A stretch of DNA of 64,000 nucleotides from Patescibacteria group bacterium (GCA_038064495.1 JBBTSZ010000002.1:16717-80716), one strand, 5' to 3'. Positions 46,883 through 56,794 are shown, counted from the stretch's first letter. Program-made: numbers and translations. The notes: generated by a model not told the origin, from the letters alone.

Positions 46883-48616
46883 ATGTACCCCCTCCACGAC
46901 GCACTTACCGATGAACTTCGTCAAGAACTGAAAGCACACGACGACTTCACAGCAGGATTGCTCGCCCGTCGCGGTATACGAACAGGCGCCGAAGCGGAAA
47001 CATTCCTCTCACCTTCCTACGAGGCGCACATCCATGACCCACTGCTCATCCTCAACCTGGAGAAGGCAGCGAAGCGTGTTGCGAGCGCACTTGATACGAA
47101 CGAGAAAATTGCAGTGTGGAGTGACTACGACTGCGACGGAATACCGGGTGGCGTCATTCTGCATGATTTTCTTAAAAAGGTCGGCGCAAATTTTTGTAAC
47201 TACATTCCGCATCGCCATAACGAAGGCTATGGTGTGAACATTCCAGGAATTGAACAATTGGCACGTGACGGGGTACAGCTCGTCATCACCGTAGATTCCG
47301 GCATCACCGACCTTGAAGCAGTTGCCCGCGCGAAAGAACTCGGCATGGATGTGATTGTGACTGACCACCATCTTCCGGGAGACATCCTACCGGACGCGTT
47401 TGCGGTCATTGATCCGAAACAACATGGTGAAACTTATCCGTTTCGTGAACTCTGCGGAGCAGGACTCGCCTGGAAGCTCGTATGCGCAGTACTCACCGTT
47501 GGTTTTACTGGGAGGGAAGCGATACCCGAAGGATGGGAAAAGTGGCTCCTTGATATGGCAGGGCTCGCAACGATTGCCGACATGGTGCCTCTTACGGGAG
47601 AGAACCGTGTTATCGCAAAGTACGGACTTCTCGTCATGCGCAAGTCTCCACGACTCGGTTTGAATAGACTCTGCAAAGTTGCCCGCGTAGACCAGCGAAA
47701 GATTACCGAGGATGACGTCGCGTTCATGATTGCTCCACGCGTGAACGCGGCGTCACGCATGGGTGACCCACGTGATGCGTTCACACTCCTCACTACTACA
47801 GACGAAACCATTGCCGATACACTCGCCAAGAAACTTGAGGCGGTGAATCGAAGTCGCAGGGCGGCAAGCGGTGCTATTACGCGCGCAGTGCATGAAAAAC
47901 TCGCGCATCGAAAAGAAACAGAAGAAATACCGGAAGTCATTGTACTTGGGGATCCCGATTGGCGACCCGGTCTTCTCGGTCTGGTTGCAAGCGGTATCGC
48001 TGACGAATACGAACGGCCGGTATTCTTGTGGGGACGGGAAGGTTCACAAGTGTTGAAGGGATCGTGCCGTGGAGGCCCGGGCGGCCTACATGTGGTTGAC
48101 CTCATGACGGCAGCGGGAGATGTCCTTTCTGAGTTTGGTGGTCATGCTGCCGCAGGAGGTTTCAGTCTACTTCCCGAAAACGTGTTTCAGCTTGAAGAAA
48201 GATTTATTCAAGCGTTCCACACACTCCCACCACCCGGGGGTGATGACCGCTTCAGTCGTGCAGACGCACATATCACCCCAAGTGAAGCGACTCGCGAACT
48301 TCTTTCGCGACTGACGCGCATGGCACCCTTTGGTATGAGCAATCCAAAACCGACCTTTGTGATGCGCGGGGTGCTACTACAGAAAGTCTCGTGGTTTGGA
48401 AAGTCTGAAGAACATCTGCGCATCACCATTACAAATGCCGTGGACGACTTTGATGAACATGCCATCGAGGCAATCGCATTTTATGCGACCCGGGAACTGG
48501 GCTCATCAGTTAAGTTGCTCACGGCAGGTTCCACAGCAACTATTTTGGCAACACTGGAGCAGGATTTGTTTACGAGGGGACAGCCGGTAAGGCTTCGCCT
48601 TGTCGCGATCACGTAG
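46883..48616 (+). CDS. recJ: ssDNA-specific exonuclease RecJ
   Basis: DYDCDG, EGYG, ITVDSG, TDHH, TIADMVPL, PRVNAASR, GGHAAAGG, PFG..NP.P. Confidence 0.95.
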   Translation: MYPLHDALTDELRQELKAHDDFTAGLLARRGIRTGAEAETFLSPSYEAHIHDPLLILNLEKAAKRVASALDTNEKIAVWSDYDCDGIPGGVILHDFLKKVGANFCNYIPHRHNEGYGVNIPGIEQLARDGVQLVITVDSGITDLEAVARAKELGMDVIVTDHHLPGDILPDAFAVIDPKQHGETYPFRELCGAGLAWKLVCAVLTVGFTGREAIPEGWEKWLLDMAGLATIADMVPLTGENRVIAKYGLLVMRKSPRLGLNRLCKVARVDQRKITEDDVAFMIAPRVNAASRMGDPRDAFTLLTTTDETIADTLAKKLEAVNRSRRAASGAITRAVHEKLAHRKETEEIPEVIVLGDPDWRPGLLGLVASGIADEYERPVFLWGREGSQVLKGSCRGGPGGLHVVDLMTAAGDVLSEFGGHAAAGGFSLLPENVFQLEERFIQAFHTLPPPGGDDRFSRADAHITPSEATRELLSRLTRMAPFGMSNPKPTFVMRGVLLQKVSWFGKSEEHLRITITNAVDDFDEHAIEAIAFYATRELGSSVKLLTAGSTATILATLEQDLFTRGQPVRLRLVAIT

Positions 48617-48740
48617 AGGCCCCTGAAAAGCGCCCATCTGGGTTGTTACTCGCTTCGCTCAAAGCTTCACTGTACCAGCGTGTACACCTCAGCTTTTCGC
48701 TCGCTCGTGTCTAGCATCTGAACACTTTTCAGCGACCTCT
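48615..48740 (+). repeat. ERIC-like palindromic element copy 5 (overlaps recJ stop)
   Basis: 126 bp; AGAGGCCCCTGAAAAG-CGCCCATCTGGGTTGTT...TCACTGTAC..GTACACCTC...GTCTAGCATCTG...CTTTTCAGCGACCTCT. Confidence 0.75.
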
Positions 48741-48764
48741 TACAAGCAAGGTTATACTGCACAC

Positions 48765-49187
48765 ATGCATTTCACACTCTACGCAGACGGAGGAGCGCGC
48801 GGTAACCCAGGGCCAGCGGGTGCAGGCGCCGTTGTGTTTGATTCCCTCGGTAAGCGCGTGGTTGAGGTAGCTGATTACCTCGGTGTTGCAACAAATAACA
48901 TCGCCGAGTACGAAGCGATTCTGCGCGGACTTACCAAGCTCCAAGCGTCGTTTTCACAAGAACACCTCACCACTATGGAACTGACGATTCGTATGGATAG
49001 CAAACTCGTGATTGAACAGTTGAAAGGTAACTACAAAGTGAAGCATCCAAACCTCGTGCCACGGTATCTTGAGGTGAAGAATCTCATTGCACGAAATTTT
49101 ACGAAGGTGCACTTTGAGCACGTTCCACGCGAAAAGAATAAGGACGCTGATGCGCTTGCCAACGAAGCGATGGACAAGGGTCGCTGA
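48765..49187 (+). CDS. rnhA: Ribonuclease HI
   Basis: DGGARGNPG, TNNIAEY, DSKLV, HVPREKN..AD.LAN. Confidence 0.93.
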   Translation: MHFTLYADGGARGNPGPAGAGAVVFDSLGKRVVEVADYLGVATNNIAEYEAILRGLTKLQASFSQEHLTTMELTIRMDSKLVIEQLKGNYKVKHPNLVPRYLEVKNLIARNFTKVHFEHVPREKNKDADALANEAMDKGR

Positions 49188-49198
49188 CCCTCCGATTC

Positions 49199-50683
49199 AT
49201 GCAGGACCTGCTCGCACTCCTTGCACTCATCAGTTTTGCACTCGGCGTTGCGTGCGCGTCAATAGTTATAGTTCCGCACGTGGGACTGTATTTTTTGCTT
49301 CTTCTTGCCCTCGTCTGCTTTGGGGCGTGGTTCTTTGCGCGAAAAGATTGGTATCTGATTCCTTCCCTCTTTCTCTTATTCCTTGCGTTTGGCATAGGGA
49401 GAGTCATGCTTACTCCACAAGAACTACCGCATACGTTTGAAGAACGAGTCGGAACAAAGGTAACGCTTGTTGGTACGATTGCGAGTGATCCTGATATTCG
49501 CGAGACGACCCAACGGATTACAGTCCGAATACAGGAGGGGAGTGAACACACCAAGGTCCTTGTCGTCACTGACCGATACACAGCGTTTTCCTATGGCGAT
49601 CAGATTTCAGTTGAAGGTATGCTGACGCGACCGAAACCCTTTGAAACTGACGGAGGTCGGGAGTTTGCGTATGACCAGTTTCTCGCAAAGGACGGAATCT
49701 TTTCCATGATTAATTTCGCACGCGTTGAAAAGACGGGCATGACAGACTCACTGCTCATGCGCGGACAGCAACTTCTCTACGAGGGTAAACATCAGTTTGC
49801 TAAAGGACTTGAAGCGAGTCTTTCAGAACCACACGCAAGCCTTGCTGAGGGACTCCTTGCAGGAGGGAAACAAGGTCTCGGCAAATCTCTCCTTGATGCG
49901 TTCACCATAACGGGATTACTTCCCATCATCGTTCTTTCTGGCTACAACGTCATGATTGTCGCCGAAGCTATACTTATCGGCTTCTCGTTTTTGAGAAAGC
50001 GCCATGCGCTCGTCCTCGCAACGCTCACCATTATTTTGTTTATTCTCGCAGCCGGTGGAGGCTCGTCTGCAGTACGGGCAGGACTCATGGCTGGACTCGC
50101 ACTCTTTGCACGCATGACCGGTCGCACCTACGACGCACTGCGAGCCCTCGCTGCCACGTTCGTCATCCTGCTTCTGTACAATCCACTTCTGCTTATCTAC
50201 GATCCTGGATTTCAATTCTCATTTGCGGCAACTCTCGGTCTCATTGTCGCGTCCCCACTGTTTGGAAAAAGACTGCTCCGCATTCGCATGAAAAGTATTC
50301 GTGAAGTGCTTTCGACCACGCTTGCCGCACAACTCTTCGTGCTTCCGCTCCTTTTGTATCAAACGGGGAATCTTTCGCTCGTCGCGATTCCTGCAAACAT
50401 ACTCGTACTTCCGGTTATTCCCTTTGCCATGGCGTTCGCTGCAATCGCCGGCGTGGTCGGAATTCTCGTTCCACTAGCAGCTCCTTTCTTTGGACTACCA
50501 GCGTACGCACTCCTTTCATATGTCATCGGTGTTGCCGAGAGCGCCTCTCATATTCCATTTGCGCACGTCATCATCCCGCTCTTTTCTGCAGTTTTCCTGC
50601 TGGTCGCCTACAGCTTGATTGCTGTGCTCGTTGTTCGGTTACAAAAAAGCGCAGCCTCTACGGCTGCGCTCCCTACACCGTAA
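49199..50683 (+). CDS. comEC: ComEC/Rec2 competence channel (OB + Competence domain, no MBL domain)
   Basis: VLSGYN, SAVRA, DPGFQFSF.AT, TTLAAQ, NILVLP; multiple TMs. Confidence 0.9.
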   Translation: MQDLLALLALISFALGVACASIVIVPHVGLYFLLLLALVCFGAWFFARKDWYLIPSLFLLFLAFGIGRVMLTPQELPHTFEERVGTKVTLVGTIASDPDIRETTQRITVRIQEGSEHTKVLVVTDRYTAFSYGDQISVEGMLTRPKPFETDGGREFAYDQFLAKDGIFSMINFARVEKTGMTDSLLMRGQQLLYEGKHQFAKGLEASLSEPHASLAEGLLAGGKQGLGKSLLDAFTITGLLPIIVLSGYNVMIVAEAILIGFSFLRKRHALVLATLTIILFILAAGGGSSAVRAGLMAGLALFARMTGRTYDALRALAATFVILLLYNPLLLIYDPGFQFSFAATLGLIVASPLFGKRLLRIRMKSIREVLSTTLAAQLFVLPLLLYQTGNLSLVAIPANILVLPVIPFAMAFAAIAGVVGILVPLAAPFFGLPAYALLSYVIGVAESASHIPFAHVIIPLFSAVFLLVAYSLIAVLVVRLQKSAASTAALPTP

Positions 50684-50691
50684 GCGCGCTC

Positions 50692-51288
50692 CTACGAGAT
50701 TGCTTTTGTGTAGCGATTTTCAACTACAGACCAGTTTACATTTGAGAGAAATGCATCAACGTAGGTCATTTTTTCTGCTGGCACATAGTCCACCATGTAG
50801 GCGTGTTCCCACAAATCAACCGCAAGCAGAATAGGAAGTCCTGATAGTTGCCCAAGCTCGTGGTCGTTCACAAAAGCAGTGTGAAGGGTGCTTGCTGAAG
50901 GGTCACTGTAGACCACTACCCAGCCGATGCCGCGAGTGCCGGCAACCTCCTTACTATGTGCGAGAAAACCATCCCAGCTTCCATACTTCTCGTTCACGGC
51001 AGTTTGGAATGCATGGGTCGCTGTCGGCGGAGTATTGCCGCCCTCAAGCTGCTCAAAGTAGTACTCATGCATGCGCATACCATCAAACTCAAAGCCCAGA
51101 CGACGTCTGAGTTCGTTAATGGCGTACGCATTTCCCTCAGCATCCATTTCTTTATACGAAGCAATTTTCTCCATAATCAGATTTACGTGCTTTACGTAGC
51201 CAGCATACAAAGCCAAATGAACTTCAATTTGCTTTGGTGAGAGTCCTTTGAGTTCAGGGAAGGTAAAGGTTCGCGTTGCGTAGATCAT
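50692..51288 (-). CDS. Fe/Mn superoxide dismutase family protein
   Basis: H..LY.GYV, HEYYF, DLWEHAY..DY, NVNW. Confidence 0.9.
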   Translation of the reverse strand: MIYATRTFTFPELKGLSPKQIEVHLALYAGYVKHVNLIMEKIASYKEMDAEGNAYAINELRRRLGFEFDGMRMHEYYFEQLEGGNTPPTATHAFQTAVNEKYGSWDGFLAHSKEVAGTRGIGWVVVYSDPSASTLHTAFVNDHELGQLSGLPILLAVDLWEHAYMVDYVPAEKMTYVDAFLSNVNWSVVENRYTKAIS

Positions 51289-51384
51289 ATAGAGATATCG
51301 TTATGTCACTACTATACTCCTTTTCGATAGAGGTTGTCGGACAAGCAAAAGAGGAGTATGAAAAGAGAGGAAAGGAGACGTGTC

Positions 51385-51861
51385 ATGAAGTTAGCCACGT
51401 TAGTTCTTATTCGAACAAACAACGCGGTCCTACTTGGTAGGAAAAAGACCGGAGAAGTAGGGCGCGGACTCTTGAATGCGCCGGGTGGAAAACAGGAACC
51501 TGGTGAAACTCTCCGGGCATGTGCCGCTCGTGAGGTGAAAGAGGAGACAGGTCTCACCATTTCTTCCGCCCTCTTGAACGAAGCAGCAATACTTACCTGC
51601 TACACGAAGGACATTCCTGATTTCAGGGTCTATGTATACATGACGTTTGCGTATCGTGGTGAGCCAATTGAGACTTCGTCCATGGAACCTGCCTGGTATT
51701 CAACCCTGGCACTTCCCGTAGACGAGATGCATGAAGCCGACCGACACTGGTTCGTTCGTGCGTTGTCCGGTAAACGCTTTAATGCTCACATCATGTACAA
51801 CGAACGAGGGAGCGGGTTCCGCAAAATCAAATTTGCTGCGTTTACTCCGTTTCCTCAATGA
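51385..51861 (+). CDS. NUDIX hydrolase (MutT/MTH1-like)
   Basis: GGKQEPGET...CAAREVKEETG; AAAGGAG SD upstream of ATG 51385. Confidence 0.85.
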   Translation: MKLATLVLIRTNNAVLLGRKKTGEVGRGLLNAPGGKQEPGETLRACAAREVKEETGLTISSALLNEAAILTCYTKDIPDFRVYVYMTFAYRGEPIETSSMEPAWYSTLALPVDEMHEADRHWFVRALSGKRFNAHIMYNERGSGFRKIKFAAFTPFPQ

Positions 51862-51900
51862 GCTTCGCTTCGGCGGAGCTCATTTGCGTATACTGAAGGC

Positions 51901-52776
51901 ATGAGCGAGAGGAACGGAAGAGAAGGATTGTACTGGCTGTTTCTTATCGTGTTAGTTGTCTGTAACGTGTACGTATTTTTGGTCCTCTACACGCCTCCTA
52001 CGCATACTCTCCGGGTTTCATTTTTGGATGTGGGCCAAGGCGACTCTATTTTGATACAGGGACCAACCGGCATACAAATGCTCGTGGATGGGGGTCCGGA
52101 CCGCTCCGTACTGCGCGAGCTTTCGCACGAACTCCCACCGTGGGATAGGACTATCGATGTACTTGTGGAAACGCATCCTGACAAAGATCATATTGCTGGG
52201 CTGGGTGATGTGCTTGAGCGTTACCGCGTGAAGTACTTTCTCGAGTCGGGGATTCCAGACCGAACCAGTGTATCGCTTCATGTGAAGGACGACGTCACAA
52301 AAGAAAAAGGAATACAGCACATAACGGTAAAGCGAGGTATGCGCCTCAACCTTGGTGGGGGAGCCTACGCATATGTGCTCTTTCCGGACCGTGATGAATC
52401 CACTCAAACAGAAACCAACGACGGCTCAATCGTACTCCACGTGGTGTATGGAGCCACTTCATTCCTACTTACTGGAGATTTACCGAGCACGTACGAGGAC
52501 TACCTGGTAGGACTCGATAGCCACGACGGGAATCTCACCAGTACGGTACTCAAGGCAGGTCATCACGGCTCAAAATATTCAACCGATAGTCTGTGGCTCG
52601 CTGCGGTCACCCCAAGCTACGTAGTCATTTCCGCAGGGAAAGATAATTCGTATGGGCATCCTGCACCGGAGACGCTCGCGCGAATTACCGATTACGGGAA
52701 AGCACAAATACTTTCAACGATTGATGTGGGCCGGATTGATTTTACGAGTAACGGCACAACGCTTATCTACAAGTAA
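51901..52776 (+). CDS. ComEC-type metallo-beta-lactamase-fold protein (stand-alone)
   Basis: FLDVGQGD, THPDKDHIAG, LTGD, GHHGS, N.YGHP. Confidence 0.9.
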   Translation: MSERNGREGLYWLFLIVLVVCNVYVFLVLYTPPTHTLRVSFLDVGQGDSILIQGPTGIQMLVDGGPDRSVLRELSHELPPWDRTIDVLVETHPDKDHIAGLGDVLERYRVKYFLESGIPDRTSVSLHVKDDVTKEKGIQHITVKRGMRLNLGGGAYAYVLFPDRDESTQTETNDGSIVLHVVYGATSFLLTGDLPSTYEDYLVGLDSHDGNLTSTVLKAGHHGSKYSTDSLWLAAVTPSYVVISAGKDNSYGHPAPETLARITDYGKAQILSTIDVGRIDFTSNGTTLIYK

Positions 52777-52842
52777 TTGACAGAGCGAGGCTTTGTTGTG
52801 TATTATTACAGGCGATTCGGTCTTTGGATAAGAGGAAATAGC

Positions 52843-53124
52843 ATGAAGATACATGGCTTTGGACGGGTGCAGCCGGTAGCTCCGGTAGTGGCACCAGTGC
52901 GTCGGATATATGCAGGAGCTCCCGTTCGTCTGGCAAAAGAATATATTCTTGAGCGGCGGGACAGTCGGCGCGAGACGTTCCATGCACCACATGACGAGGG
53001 GGCAATAAAGACGGGGAAGCGAATTCTCGGGGTAGCCCAGAACGCCTCACCGGCAGCATTCCGTGCTGCCGGTGGAAAGTACATTCGTCTTTCCGACGAT
53101 ACGATCTTGTATCCAGCACACTAG
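52843..53124 (+). CDS. Orphan hypothetical protein
   Basis: AAGAGG SD before ATG 52843; followed by GC-rich hairpins. Confidence 0.5.
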   Translation: MKIHGFGRVQPVAPVVAPVRRIYAGAPVRLAKEYILERRDSRRETFHAPHDEGAIKTGKRILGVAQNASPAAFRAAGGKYIRLSDDTILYPAH

Positions 53125-53128
53125 AAAA

Positions 53129-53182
53129 AGGGCCGGCGGATGCGCCGGCCCTCAAACAAAAACGGCCCCGAGGGGCCGTTTT
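53129..53182. terminator. Tandem hairpins between convergent genes
   Basis: AGGGCCGGCG-GATG-CGCCGGCCCT and AAAACGGCCCC-GA-GGGGCCGTTTT. Confidence 0.75.
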
Positions 53183-53189
53183 CTTTTCG

Positions 53190-53432
53190 CTAGATGATGC
53201 CGGCTTTCTTCAAAGTCGCGTGCGCCCCATTTTTCTTCAGGGTGCGCATACCAGCGGTGGAGACATCAATAAGGACGGTCGTACCGAGTTCAGCCACAAA
53301 AATACGCCGCTTCTGTAGATTGGCCTTCCGGCGGACTTTGCCCGTTGGGTTGAACTGCGTTGCACGGGTACGGTTAGAGTACCGCCCACCGATTTGGGTC
53401 GTCTTTCCAGTGATTGCGCATTCGCGAGCCAT
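53190..53432 (-). CDS. rpmB: 50S ribosomal protein L28
   Basis: MARECAITGK...G...SN.....RR.ANLQ, VST.GMRT. Confidence 0.88.
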   Translation of the reverse strand: MARECAITGKTTQIGGRYSNRTRATQFNPTGKVRRKANLQKRRIFVAELGTTVLIDVSTAGMRTLKKNGAHATLKKAGII

Positions 53433-53465
53433 AGTGGGGCCATGCTAGCATGAGGCAGTCAGCTT

Positions 53466-54107
53466 ATGCAACCCGATACCGCTCTCCAGATTCTCTATTT
53501 CGTTGTGCTCATTATTTCCATCATCATTCATGAGGTGGCTCATGGATATGCCGCAAACTCGCTTGGAGACCCAACGGCCAAACTCCTTGGACGGTTAACA
53601 TTGAATCCGCTTCCGCATATTGATCCTATTGGCTCCATCATTGTGCCCTTGCTGTGTGTTATTTCTCCCGGGCACTTCTTTTTTGGCTGGGCAAAGCCGG
53701 TTCCGTACAACCCTCACAATTTACGTAATAAGCGGTGGGGTGAGGCAATTGTTGGTATTGCTGGCGTTGCCACGAACCTCATTATTGCGGTAGCGTTCGG
53801 ACTCCTTGCGCGCTATGCGTACGCTTCAGGCATGGACACCTTTGGACAGGCAGCAAGCGTGATTGCACTCGTGAATCTATTCCTCGGCATGTTTAACTTG
53901 ATTCCGATTCCACCCCTGGACGGGTTTACCGTACTGCGCGGCATATTGCCGTATCGCTATGCAATCGCCTTCCGTTCGTTTGAAGAGAAACTCCAGCAAG
54001 GAGGCCTCCTCATGCTCATTGGCTTTTTGTTCCTGTTCAGCTACGTCTTTGCCGGACCCTTCTCGCTGTTTGTTGAGTACCTCTTCCGGATTCTTATTGG
54101 TGTGTAA
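53466..54107 (+). CDS. Site-2 protease (M50) family
   Basis: HEVAH, GRLTLNP, FNLIPIPPLDG. Confidence 0.93.
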   Translation: MQPDTALQILYFVVLIISIIIHEVAHGYAANSLGDPTAKLLGRLTLNPLPHIDPIGSIIVPLLCVISPGHFFFGWAKPVPYNPHNLRNKRWGEAIVGIAGVATNLIIAVAFGLLARYAYASGMDTFGQAASVIALVNLFLGMFNLIPIPPLDGFTVLRGILPYRYAIAFRSFEEKLQQGGLLMLIGFLFLFSYVFAGPFSLFVEYLFRILIGV

Positions 54108-54114
54108 TGAAAAT

Positions 54115-54759
54115 ATGAAAGTAACAAAGTATGGGCACGCCTGTGTATTGATTGAGCAGGGTACTGTTCGAATACTTATTGACCCAGGAATGTGGAGCTC
54201 AGTCCCTGCCCTTACAGAACTCGACGTAGTTCTGATTACGCACGAACATTTTGATCATATTGATATCGAGACCATTGAAACTCTTGTCGAACAAAACCCA
54301 AATGTAGTCATCTTTACCAATGACCAGGTAGGGAAAATCCTGAAAGAAAAGAAGCTCTCGTATACTCGATTACAAGACGGCGACACTACTGAGGTACAAG
54401 GTATCGTAGTACAGGGCATTGGTACCAAACACGATATTGTGTATGGTCCCTCATCTCCTTGTGAAAATACTGGCTACCTCATTAACAACGAATTCTTTTT
54501 TCCAGGCGACGCACTCTCAGTTGTTCCAACCACACAAGTCCGCGTTCTAGCACTACCGACAGGGGGGCCTTGGATGAAGTTCTCTGAAGCAATCGACTAT
54601 GCGAAGAAACTCAAACCAGCCCTTGTCTTTCCCGTCCACGATGCCCTTTACACGGAAGAAGTGCGACGAGGACTCGTCCCAAGAGTTATCGGTACGCATT
54701 TGGAGTCAGCAGGGATTGTTTTCAAAGACTTGAAAGATACTGAGACAATAGAGGTATGA
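54115..54759 (+). CDS. MBL-fold metallo-hydrolase
   Basis: YGHAC, IDPG, THEHFDH, PGD, PVHD. Confidence 0.9.
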   Translation: MKVTKYGHACVLIEQGTVRILIDPGMWSSVPALTELDVVLITHEHFDHIDIETIETLVEQNPNVVIFTNDQVGKILKEKKLSYTRLQDGDTTEVQGIVVQGIGTKHDIVYGPSSPCENTGYLINNEFFFPGDALSVVPTTQVRVLALPTGGPWMKFSEAIDYAKKLKPALVFPVHDALYTEEVRRGLVPRVIGTHLESAGIVFKDLKDTETIEV

Positions 54760-55322
54760 GAGAAGTGGAAGTAAAGGCGCATCTACGAAACAAAGAAGAG
54801 CTTCTAGGAAAGCTCACGGAGTCTGGGGCTGTGTTTGCAAAGTCCGTCACCCAGAACGATACGGTCTTTGTTCGAGACGCCTCCACAATGGAGAAGTTTC
54901 TCGGTAATGATTGCTTTCTTCGTATACGAGAAACACCAGAAAGCATTATCTTCACACTGAAATACCACCCGAACCGGACAGGAAATGGCAACGCGCTTGC
55001 CATGCCGCTTGAGCATGAACTAACCGTAAGTAACAAGAAAGAACTTGAGGAAATGCTTCGTCTCATGGGCTTTGTGCCGGCACTTGTCATCAACAAGACA
55101 CGAGAGAGTTGTCACGTGGGAGATTTTGAAATCTGTGTTGATGAAGTGGAAGACCTAGGCTCATTTATTGAGGTGGAGCGACTCACTGAACATGAAGAAG
55201 AGGTTGAGCCTGTTATTAAGGACATGAAAGAATTTCTATGCTCACTCGGAGTTGCAGAAAGCGACATGGGTGTAAAACGGTACGATATTCAACTTCTTGA
55301 GAAACAATTCGGTACGAACTAA
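54756..55322 (+). CDS. CYTH domain / class IV adenylate cyclase family
   Basis: EVEVK, LRIR, LTLK-like, K.R, D.V..LG.FIEVE. Confidence 0.88.
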   Translation: MREVEVKAHLRNKEELLGKLTESGAVFAKSVTQNDTVFVRDASTMEKFLGNDCFLRIRETPESIIFTLKYHPNRTGNGNALAMPLEHELTVSNKKELEEMLRLMGFVPALVINKTRESCHVGDFEICVDEVEDLGSFIEVERLTEHEEEVEPVIKDMKEFLCSLGVAESDMGVKRYDIQLLEKQFGTN

Positions 55323-55390
55323 GTGCAGTTTTTAGAAAGAGGAGTACTATTGCCGACGGACCAGATTTCAAAAAAGGGGGAGAGAATAGG

Positions 55391-55738
55391 ATGCAGTACC
55401 TCAGTAAGTTGCTCGTGCTCGTTGTTGCACTTGAGCCCTATGCACTCGCTCGTGGAGAGCCGGCAATATATCCGACCATGTCTGAAACGTCTGAATTGAA
55501 GACATTCCGCTTGAAGCCACGCGCTCCTCGTTCCGAGATGCCCGATACACGCGAGGCAGACGTCTCCGTTCCAACACCACGATTGAGTCGGGACCTGAAG
55601 AGTAAGGGTACAAAAGTGGTGGTTCTCTGGTACGACGAGTCAGAATGGGCTGACCCAGAGCACCCCTCCACGCTTTCAGCTGGAAGTGGCAAAGGCGGAC
55701 TCCGCTTACGTCTCACGATTCCGCTTGAAGATAAATAG
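55391..55738 (+). CDS. Orphan hypothetical protein with signal-peptide-like N-terminus
   Basis: G-rich SD upstream; terminator 55753-55779 downstream. Confidence 0.5.
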   Translation: MQYLSKLLVLVVALEPYALARGEPAIYPTMSETSELKTFRLKPRAPRSEMPDTREADVSVPTPRLSRDLKSKGTKVVVLWYDESEWADPEHPSTLSAGSGKGGLRLRLTIPLEDK

Positions 55739-55752
55739 GCCAAAAAGCCAAG

Positions 55753-55779
55753 AAGGCCCGGAGCATGCTCCGGGCCTTT
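55753..55779 (+). terminator. Intrinsic terminator
   Basis: AAGGCCCGGAGC-AT-GCTCCGGGCCTTT. Confidence 0.75.
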
Positions 55780-55856
55780 CATGTAGGCCCTGGTTGCTTT
55801 TCTTAAGGCATTCCTCTATAGTGAGCCAATCCCGCGGTGCGGGTTTTCATTTACGA

Positions 55857-56267
55857 ATGGCAACAATTCAACAGCTTACAAAAAAGGCACGCAGCAATAA
55901 AACTCGAAAGAGTAAGGTTGTGGCTCTTGGTCGTGGCTTCAATGCGCTTAAAAACCGTCCGGAATACTATCCGGCTCCCTTTAAGCGCGGTGTGTGTGTC
56001 AAAGTAACCACGAAAACCCCCCGCAAACCAAACTCCGCTATTCGTAAGATTGCTCGTGTACGCCTCACGAACGGTATGGAAGTAACGGCCTACATTCCCG
56101 GAGAGGGACACAACCTCCAGGAGCACTCCGTGGTTCTTCTTCGCGGTGGTCGCGTGAAGGATATTGGTGTGCAATACACCGTAGTGCGCGGAAAGCTTGA
56201 TACTGCTGGTATTGATAAGCGCCGTCGCGGTCGCTCTAAGTACGGTGCGAAAAAGCCTAAAGCGTAG
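55857..56267 (+). CDS. rpsL: 30S ribosomal protein S12
   Basis: [38 protein letters not shown]. Confidence 0.97.
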   Translation: MATIQQLTKKARSNKTRKSKVVALGRGFNALKNRPEYYPAPFKRGVCVKVTTKTPRKPNSAIRKIARVRLTNGMEVTAYIPGEGHNLQEHSVVLLRGGRVKDIGVQYTVVRGKLDTAGIDKRRRGRSKYGAKKPKA

Positions 56268-56275
56268 TTTTTGAT

Positions 56276-56746
56276 ATGCGACATCCCGTAAAAAATAAAT
56301 ATCCTCGCCGCCCTGACTCTAAATACCAGTCAGATGCTATTTCTCGTTTCATCAACACGGTTATGTGGGATGGAAAGAAAGACACGGCAACCAAGGTGGT
56401 TTACGACGCACTCGAACTTTTGAAAAAAGGTGAGACTGAGCAGGACCCAATTGAACTCTTTGAGACCGCTATTCGTAACGTATCTCCACTTATGGAAGTG
56501 CGTTCTCGTCGTGTGGGTGGAGCTAACTATCAGGTGCCTCGTGAAGTCCCACAACAGCGCCGTACCTCGCTCGCGTACCGTTGGCTCATCAACGCAGCTC
56601 GCGCAAAGAAGGGGAAGCCTATGGCTGAGAAGCTTGCTGAGGAGATTCTCCTTGCAGTAAAGAACGAAGGTTCTGCTATCAAAAAGAAGGACGACATGCA
56701 CCGCATGGCTGATGCCAATAAGGCATTTGCGCACTTCGCCTGGTAA
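56276..56746 (+). CDS. rpsG: 30S ribosomal protein S7
   Basis: DGKK, EVRSRRVGGANYQVP, MADANKAFAHF. Confidence 0.97.
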   Translation: MRHPVKNKYPRRPDSKYQSDAISRFINTVMWDGKKDTATKVVYDALELLKKGETEQDPIELFETAIRNVSPLMEVRSRRVGGANYQVPREVPQQRRTSLAYRWLINAARAKKGKPMAEKLAEEILLAVKNEGSAIKKKDDMHRMADANKAFAHFAW

Positions 56747-56766
56747 TCAAAGCTCGCCCTTACAAG

Positions 56767-56794
56767 GTAAAAGGCGCCACAGGGCGCCTTTTAC
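56767..56794. terminator. Terminator after rpsG
   Basis: GTAAAAGGCGCC-ACAG-GGCGCCTTTTAC. Confidence 0.8.
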
